DNA of 44,400 bases, taken from contig VBML01000020.1 of NCBI GenBank assembly GCA_005878915.1, positions 1 through 44,400 on the forward strand, in the 5' to 3' direction. The notes under the pieces are model-generated. The model made no database searches and was not told where the DNA came from. It saw only the letters and a program-made list of their open reading frames with translations. Below are positions 39,020 to 44,400 of the stretch, one piece after another. Positions within the stretch are counted from its first letter, which is position 1. Every line of letters starts with the position of its first letter. The translations under genes and the position numbers were made by a program. The DNA comes from Methanobacteriota archaeon. GTDB taxonomy: Archaea > Thermoplasmatota > Thermoplasmata > RBG-16-68-12.

Positions 39020-40343
39020 TCACTCCGCAAACGACGCTCGGCCCCATTTCCCGTCGATGCCCCGATACAGCACCAGGGTCGCGATCGCAAGCACGGCGAG
39101 CACGAGGGAGATGCCCGCGATCGTGAAGACGGGATCGCGATCGACGGTAAATGACAGAATCGTGAGCCCCAGGTCGGGGAGCATCGCCATCACGCTGAAC
39201 TGAGCGAGGATGCCCGGGTCGAAAAGGAACGAGTTCGTCCGAAGCCCGGTGAGGTACGCGGTCATCACAACCATGTACACGGAGGTGACGAGCATCACGG
39301 GAAAGGCGAGCCACAGGAGCCGGACGTCGCCGTTGAGGACGCTCACACCAACGACAAACACCGAGCTGATTCCCGTCGAGAGGACGAGGAACGCAGCGAG
39401 TTTCGAACGGATGACCTTTGGAACGCCAAGGGGGAGGGTCTCGTAGTGATCCATCGCGTCGACGCTGTTCAGCCAATTGTACAGGAGGACGCCGAAAAAT
39501 CCAACCATCGCCCCGTAGAAGACAGAGTTGAAGCCCACGGGGACACGGAAGCCGTAGCGAACGAGCCACGCCGTGAAGCTTAGCAGGATCAGGGGCGTCA
39601 CGAAGGAGAAGAACATCTTTGCGATCGTCCCGCTCCGCTTCAGGTCGACGAACTCCTTCGCCAAATGAATGCGATATCCTCCCGCGAGCCCGAGGCGGGC
39701 GTCGACCCTCGGGAGCTCCTCCCGTGCGGGCGTCGACCGGGGTTCATAATGGTCCGGGACGAGGACGAGGGCACCGGCGATGCAGGCGGCGATTACCCCG
39801 GCACCCGCCAGGCCCGCAACGAGGGCGGGGACCCCGGATGTACAACGTGGACACGAAGAAACTCAAGCTCATCCCCAGGAGAAAGGAGACGAGCGACGCG
39901 AGGAACAGGAACCCGATGCTTGCGACGCGGAAGCCGGTGAACGGAACGGAGGCAAGGAGGCCTGCGACCATCGGCACGAGGAGGAGCACGGTGTAGAACA
40001 GGGCGTCCCGAACGTACATCCCGAAGAACGTGCGGCGGAACGACATCGGGAGCAGCGCCGGCATCGCGACGAGGTAGTTCCGATTCCCGTGGCGGCGTTC
40101 GAGGTACTGCGCTCCGAGGAAGCCGAATGCGCCGACACCGAGGCCGTAGAGGAACGCGGACACGTGCAGGAAAAGGATCGCCTCGCTCAGTGGAGTCGCC
40201 TCGAGGATCCGATGAGATGTGAGGCCGATCGCGAGGGAGAACAGGAAGACGACGACGGGGAACGTGAGGAACATCCGGGGACTGGAGTACCGGGCGTGCA
40301 TCCGAAACTCCTCCTTGAGCATCAGCCGGAGGAGATAGCTCAT
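39020..40343 (-). pseudogene. ABC transporter permease disrupted by two frameshifts (~39835 and ~39720)
   Basis: Frame 1 MSYLLRLMLKEEFR...STLYIR; frame 2 VPALVAG...VPDHYEP; frame 3 ELPRVD...LAKEFVDLKRSG to stop; ATGA overlap with the ABC ATPase. Confidence 0.75.
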
Positions 40344-41065
40344 CGCCGCTCCCCGACGAGGCGCAGGAACGCCGCCTCGAGGTCCTTGTCCCCCTTCCGG
40401 AGCTCCGCGACGGATCCGCGGGCGATCAACCGGCCGCCGTCGATGATTGCCACTTGGTTGCAGAGCTTCTCGGCGATCTCGAGGAGATGGGAGCACATGA
40501 AGACGGTGTGCCCCGCCGCGTGGTATTCCAGGAGGAAGTCCTTCAGCCGACGCTGGTAGATCGGGTCGAGGTTGATGAACGGCTCGTCGAGGAAGAGCAG
40601 GTCCGGGTCATGGAGGAACGCGGCCGCGAGCATGAGCTTCTGGCGCGTCCCCTTCGAGAGGTCCCGACAGATCGTCCCCCGCGTCCCGTCGAGGTCGAAG
40701 AACGTGATCCATCGGTCGATCGCCCGCTGAAGGTTCGCCACCTCGCGCACGCGGCCCACGAAATAGAGATACTCGGCAGCCGTCAAGTACGACGGAGGGG
40801 ACTCGACCTCGGGCACGATCCCGATGGCCGCCTTCACCTTCAGGGGTTCGCGGGCAGGATCGATCCCGAGGACTCTCGCCGTCCCGGTCGTGGGTGCGAG
40901 CTGTCCCGTCAGAATCCGGAGAAGCGTTGTCTTGCCGGCGCCATTCGGGCCGAAAAGCCCGAAGAACTGACCCGAGTCAAGGTCGAGGTCCACGCCGTCC
41001 AAGGCGACCACGGAGTTGAACCGCTTCCCGAGGCCGCGGGCCTCGATCGCCTTCACGCGCGGCAC
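40340..41065 (-). CDS. ABC transporter ATP-binding protein
   Basis: Walker A 'GPNGAGKTT', signature 'LSKGTRQK', Walker B 'LFLDEP', H-loop 'CSH'. Confidence 0.95.
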   Translation of the reverse strand: MPRVKAIEARGLGKRFNSVVALDGVDLDLDSGQFFGLFGPNGAGKTTLLRILTGQLAPTTGTARVLGIDPAREPLKVKAAIGIVPEVESPPSYLTAAEYLYFVGRVREVANLQRAIDRWITFFDLDGTRGTICRDLSKGTRQKLMLAAAFLHDPDLLFLDEPFINLDPIYQRRLKDFLLEYHAAGHTVFMCSHLLEIAEKLCNQVAIIDGGRLIARGSVAELRKGDKDLEAAFLRLVGERR

Positions 41066-41187
41066 GAGCCCGAGCCGGTTATATGAGGATATGGAGACGG
41101 TTATCGAGCCCCCGTCAGACTTGCGTCGGTTGAGCGACCCTGCGGGCGGAGCGGATTTGCGACGACCTTATCTCGGCGTTGTCGTTG

Positions 41188-41592
41188 ATGGGTTTCGTGA
41201 GGACCGTCCTCTTCGTGTGCGTCGAGAATTCGTTCCGCAGCGTCATCGCGGAGGCCCTGTTCAATGCGAATGCACCGCCGGGTTGGAAAGCGATCAGTGC
41301 CGGCGTCGACGCGGTCGGCAAGCAGGTCAACCCGCTCGCGTATTCGCTCATGGAGGAAATTGGCGTTCGGGTTTCAAAAAAACGTCCGCAGCAGGTGACG
41401 GCGGAGATGATCCAGAAGGCGTGGCGCGTCGTAACGTTCGGCTGTCTCGACCGATGCCCCGCGGGTGCCGCGGGAAAGAACGAGGATTGGCCGATTCCCG
41501 GGTCGACGGGAAAGACGCACTCGGAGTTGCAAGAGATCCGGTCGGACCTCGAGAGGAGGGTGTCCGAGCTCCTCCGACGATTGCCGGATTGA
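41188..41592 (+). CDS. LMW-PTP/ArsC-family protein
   Basis: P-loop 'LFVCVENSFRS', 'SAG', 'GCLDRCP', 'EDW.I'. Confidence 0.88.
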   Translation: MGFVRTVLFVCVENSFRSVIAEALFNANAPPGWKAISAGVDAVGKQVNPLAYSLMEEIGVRVSKKRPQQVTAEMIQKAWRVVTFGCLDRCPAGAAGKNEDWPIPGSTGKTHSELQEIRSDLERRVSELLRRLPD

Positions 41593-41617
41593 ACAGAACA
41601 CGTGAGGGGATGGGAAC

Positions 41618-42484
41618 TTGACACGACGATCTGTGGCCTCCCCGGTCGTCGTGACCCACTGCGGTGCGGGTTCGACGTTGGAGATCGTGGATGCCGCGGA
41701 GACCGCGGGGCGGGCCGCGCTATCGGCTCTTGATGGAGGCGGACGAGCCCTCGACGCGGTGACGAACGCGATCGTGGTCCTCGAAGACGACGAGCGCACG
41801 AACGCGGGAACGGGTTCGCGGTTGCGAATCGACGGACGTGCGCAGATGGACGCGTCCATCATGACGGAGGACCTCGAATCGGGGGCGGTCGCCGCTATCG
41901 AAGGCGTACGGAATCCTATCCTGGTTGCGAGGAAAGTCATGGAAACGCCCCACGTGCTCCTCGTGGGTGCGGATGCTGTCGCATTCGCCCGCAGAATGGG
42001 CTTCCAGTCTCACAATCCCGTAACCGCTGCAGCGAAGGTGAGATGGAAGGAATCGCTCGACCGGATTCGGCGGGGGGATCTTCCGCCACACGCGCGGAAG
42101 TGGCGGGACTTCCGCGACCTCGCGGGTACCGTCGGCGCCGTCGCGCGCGACTCGCGGGGGCACTTCTGCGCGGGGAGTTCCACCGGGGGTACCGCCTTCA
42201 TGATGCCGGGGCGCGTCGGGGACACGCCCATTGTGGGGGCGGGGATTTACTGCGGTTCCGCCGGTGCGGTCTCCGTCACGGGCCATGGAGAGGAGATCAT
42301 CCGACGCGTCCTCTCGAAGTCTGTCTATGACCTCATGGCCCGAGGACGAAGGACTCAGGCGGCGTGCGACGAGGGCCTGCGGCTCTTCAAGAAAACCATC
42401 CCCATCGGTATCATCGCGGTAGGGAAGGACGGCGCGGGGGAGGCGTGCAATCGCAAGATGGCGTGGTGGACGAACGCTCCCTGA
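41618..42484 (+). CDS. Isoaspartyl peptidase/L-asparaginase (Ntn hydrolase)
   Basis: 'HCGAG', 'LEDDERTNAGTGS', 'MDASIM', 'G|TVGAVA', 'STGG', 'GRVGDTP..GAG', 'TGHGE'; start may be GTG41633. Confidence 0.93.
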   Translation: MTRRSVASPVVVTHCGAGSTLEIVDAAETAGRAALSALDGGGRALDAVTNAIVVLEDDERTNAGTGSRLRIDGRAQMDASIMTEDLESGAVAAIEGVRNPILVARKVMETPHVLLVGADAVAFARRMGFQSHNPVTAAAKVRWKESLDRIRRGDLPPHARKWRDFRDLAGTVGAVARDSRGHFCAGSSTGGTAFMMPGRVGDTPIVGAGIYCGSAGAVSVTGHGEEIIRRVLSKSVYDLMARGRRTQAACDEGLRLFKKTIPIGIIAVGKDGAGEACNRKMAWWTNAP

Positions 42485-42580
42485 ATCCCCTCTCGTGGTC
42501 ACCGCATCGTTTAAGGATGCACTTGTTATCATGCCCGTGCTACGGTGTGAATTGGGGGACGGTTGTTGTCGCGGAAATCC

Positions 42581-42874
42581 GTGCTGACCAGCAAGATCGA
42601 GGTCGAGGTCAAGCTCCTCGAGCGCCACGTCCAGATGCTGAAGGCGATCAATGAGAACCAGCCCATCGGCATCATACGACTGAGTGAGATGTTGACCGTG
42701 CCCCAGCACAAGGTCCGATACAGTTTGCGGATCCTCGAACAGGAGGGGCTCATCAAGCCCTCTCCCGAGGGCGCGGTCACCACCGACCGGCTGGAGGAGT
42801 TCTTGGACTACCTGAAGAGCGTCCTCGACATGATGTCGGGCACCGTCCAGGAGCTTCGGAAGTCCCTCGGTTGA
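42581..42874 (+). CDS. Archaeal predicted HTH transcriptional regulator
   Basis: 'LERH..ML......PIGIIRLS......HKVRYSLRILEQEGLIKPS..GA'. Confidence 0.85.
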   Translation: MLTSKIEVEVKLLERHVQMLKAINENQPIGIIRLSEMLTVPQHKVRYSLRILEQEGLIKPSPEGAVTTDRLEEFLDYLKSVLDMMSGTVQELRKSLG

Positions 42875-42922
42875 ATCGTCGCGCCATACCTTTATCCCGG
42901 GCTTTTGGGTAGCGAGGGCGCG

Positions 42923-43723
42923 ATGCAAGGCCCGAGAGCTTCCCTCGCGATTGAGAACCTGTGGAAGCGCTATGACGGGAAGACAGCGGTCGAGGGCCTG
43001 AGCCTCGCCGTGCAACCCCGCGAGGTATTCGGCCTCATCGGGCCGAACGGGGCCGGCAAGACGACGACCCTGAAGATCATTGTAGGGCTCCTCCGTCCCG
43101 ATTTCGGACGCGTCGTCCTAGACGGCCACGACATCCTCGGGCAGCCGTACGATTACAAGGCGTCCATCGGGTACCTTCCGGAAGCGACGACCCTGCCGGA
43201 CTACCTCTCCGGGGTCGAGTTCCTGACGTTCGTCGGAAGGCTGCGGGAAGTGCCGAGGGAGGCCCTCGGGCTCCGGATGACCGACCTCCTCCATCGGTTG
43301 GACCTGGATGGCCCGAAGAGGGATCTCATCGTCACGTACTCGAAGGGCATGCGACAGAAACTCGCGTTCGCGGCATCGGTGATCCACCAGCCGAGCCTGC
43401 TGATCTTGGACGAACCGCTGATCGGTGTGGACCCGGCGGGCCAATACGCGATCAAGGAGGAGGCACGCACGGTCACCCGCCGCGGCGGGTCCGTCATCGT
43501 GTCAACGCACATGCTCGACACGGCGGAAAAACTGTGCGACCGAATCGCGATCATGCAGCACGGCCGCATCGCGGCGATGGGCACGCTTGCCGAGCTCCGG
43601 TCGACCTCTCGCGCGGGAGCGGACGCAACCCTTGAGGACGTGTTCCTCAAGCTCACAGAGGAGGCCGGGCAGCCCGCGCCCCCGGAGACTTCCCGCCGAA
43701 CCCTCCTCGGAATGAGGCGGTGA
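42923..43723 (+). CDS. ABC transporter ATP-binding protein
   Basis: 'GPNGAGKTT', 'YSKGMRQK', 'LILDEP', 'STH'. Confidence 0.95.
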   Translation: MQGPRASLAIENLWKRYDGKTAVEGLSLAVQPREVFGLIGPNGAGKTTTLKIIVGLLRPDFGRVVLDGHDILGQPYDYKASIGYLPEATTLPDYLSGVEFLTFVGRLREVPREALGLRMTDLLHRLDLDGPKRDLIVTYSKGMRQKLAFAASVIHQPSLLILDEPLIGVDPAGQYAIKEEARTVTRRGGSVIVSTHMLDTAEKLCDRIAIMQHGRIAAMGTLAELRSTSRAGADATLEDVFLKLTEEAGQPAPPETSRRTLLGMRR

Positions 43724-44400
43724 ATGTGGGCCGGATCCGAGTCGTGTACGGGTTCAAGCTCCGGCAGTTCTTCGGTCCGGTCCGACACTCCGCGGCGACC
43801 ATTGTCATCCTCGGGTTTGCTGCGTTCATTACCCTCCCCGTCGTGCTCATCGTCGGATACTTCCTCCCCGACACGCCGGCGTGGCGCTCCACCGGACTCT
43901 CGGAGTTACTGGCGACGGCTCTCTCCGCGTTCCTCGCGTTCGACCTTCTCTTCGGGCTCAGCGGGGGGACGCTCACGCATCCCGCGGAAATCGACTTCTT
44001 CGCGACCTCTCGCCTCCGGCCACGGGAGTACCTCCTCGCGGACCTCCTCTTTCAGTTCACGGTGACGGACGCCCTCGCGGTCCCGGCGCTCCTCGTCGCG
44101 GGACTCGGGTTGGGGATCCGTACGGGCCAATGGACGGCGATTGGAAGCGCCGTCCTGTTGCTCCTCGGGTTCGCCGCGATGGGTCTCGCGTTGGGGCAGG
44201 GCGTCGGACTCCTCGTCGCGGCTGGGAAACGTGGTGCGAAGGCGGCGCTAATCGGGCTCGTCATTCTCCTGATGCTTCCGGCAGGCCACATGTTTTGGCC
44301 ACCCCTCCCGGAGTACGCGGCGTTGCCCTTTCCGTCTACCGCTGCCGCTCAAGTCGTCGTTGGGCTCTTAGGACTCTTGCGCGGAACGGATATTACCGTC
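43720..44400 (+). CDS. ABC transporter permease (partial, runs off the window)
   Basis: GTGA overlap with the ATPase; open hydrophobic frame VNVGRIRVVYGFKLRQF... with 'PAEIDFF.TS.L.PREYL'. Confidence 0.8.
   Translation, partial: MNVGRIRVVYGFKLRQFFGPVRHSAATIVILGFAAFITLPVVLIVGYFLPDTPAWRSTGLSELLATALSAFLAFDLLFGLSGGTLTHPAEIDFFATSRLRPREYLLADLLFQFTVTDALAVPALLVAGLGLGIRTGQWTAIGSAVLLLLGFAAMGLALGQGVGLLVAAGKRGAKAALIGLVILLMLPAGHMFWPPLPEYAALPFPSTAAAQVVVGLLGLLRGTDITV

Overview
High-GC archaeal chromosome segment, most consistent with an uncultured Thermoplasmatota lineage. This is inferred from the archaeal psmB, aCPSF1, thermosome, aTrm56, pyrBI and PRC-barrel genes and the TATA-type promoters. It holds about 56 protein-coding genes. 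No rRNA, tRNA, CRISPR array or mobile element could be supported. The left end (1-7 kb) is a surface and glycan cluster: a beta-propeller/FN3 surface protein, a GT4 glycosyltransferase, gmd, an SDR epimerase and two methyltransferases. The rest is mostly housekeeping: M1 aminopeptidase, csaA, tdh-kbl, menA-like, psmB-aCPSF1, thermosome, acs, trxA, pyrBI, trm56, RPA/SSB and two ABC modules. The most interesting items are: (1) a tandem pair of structurally conserved but sequence-divergent C-rich hairpin units (32709-32836) inside a trxA / Cys-rich micro-protein / wHTH locus; (2) a C2H2 zinc finger-TM-thioredoxin fusion paired with VKOR; (3) a minimal SerK-like ParB/Srx protein beside a CdpB1-like PRC-barrel gene; (4) an unannotated 46-aa membrane protein; (5) an apparent ACG start for the aminopeptidase. 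Four deletion-like junctions (~2170, ~3645, ~17900, ~39835) may be assembly artefacts. All family calls come from motif recognition, not from database searches.
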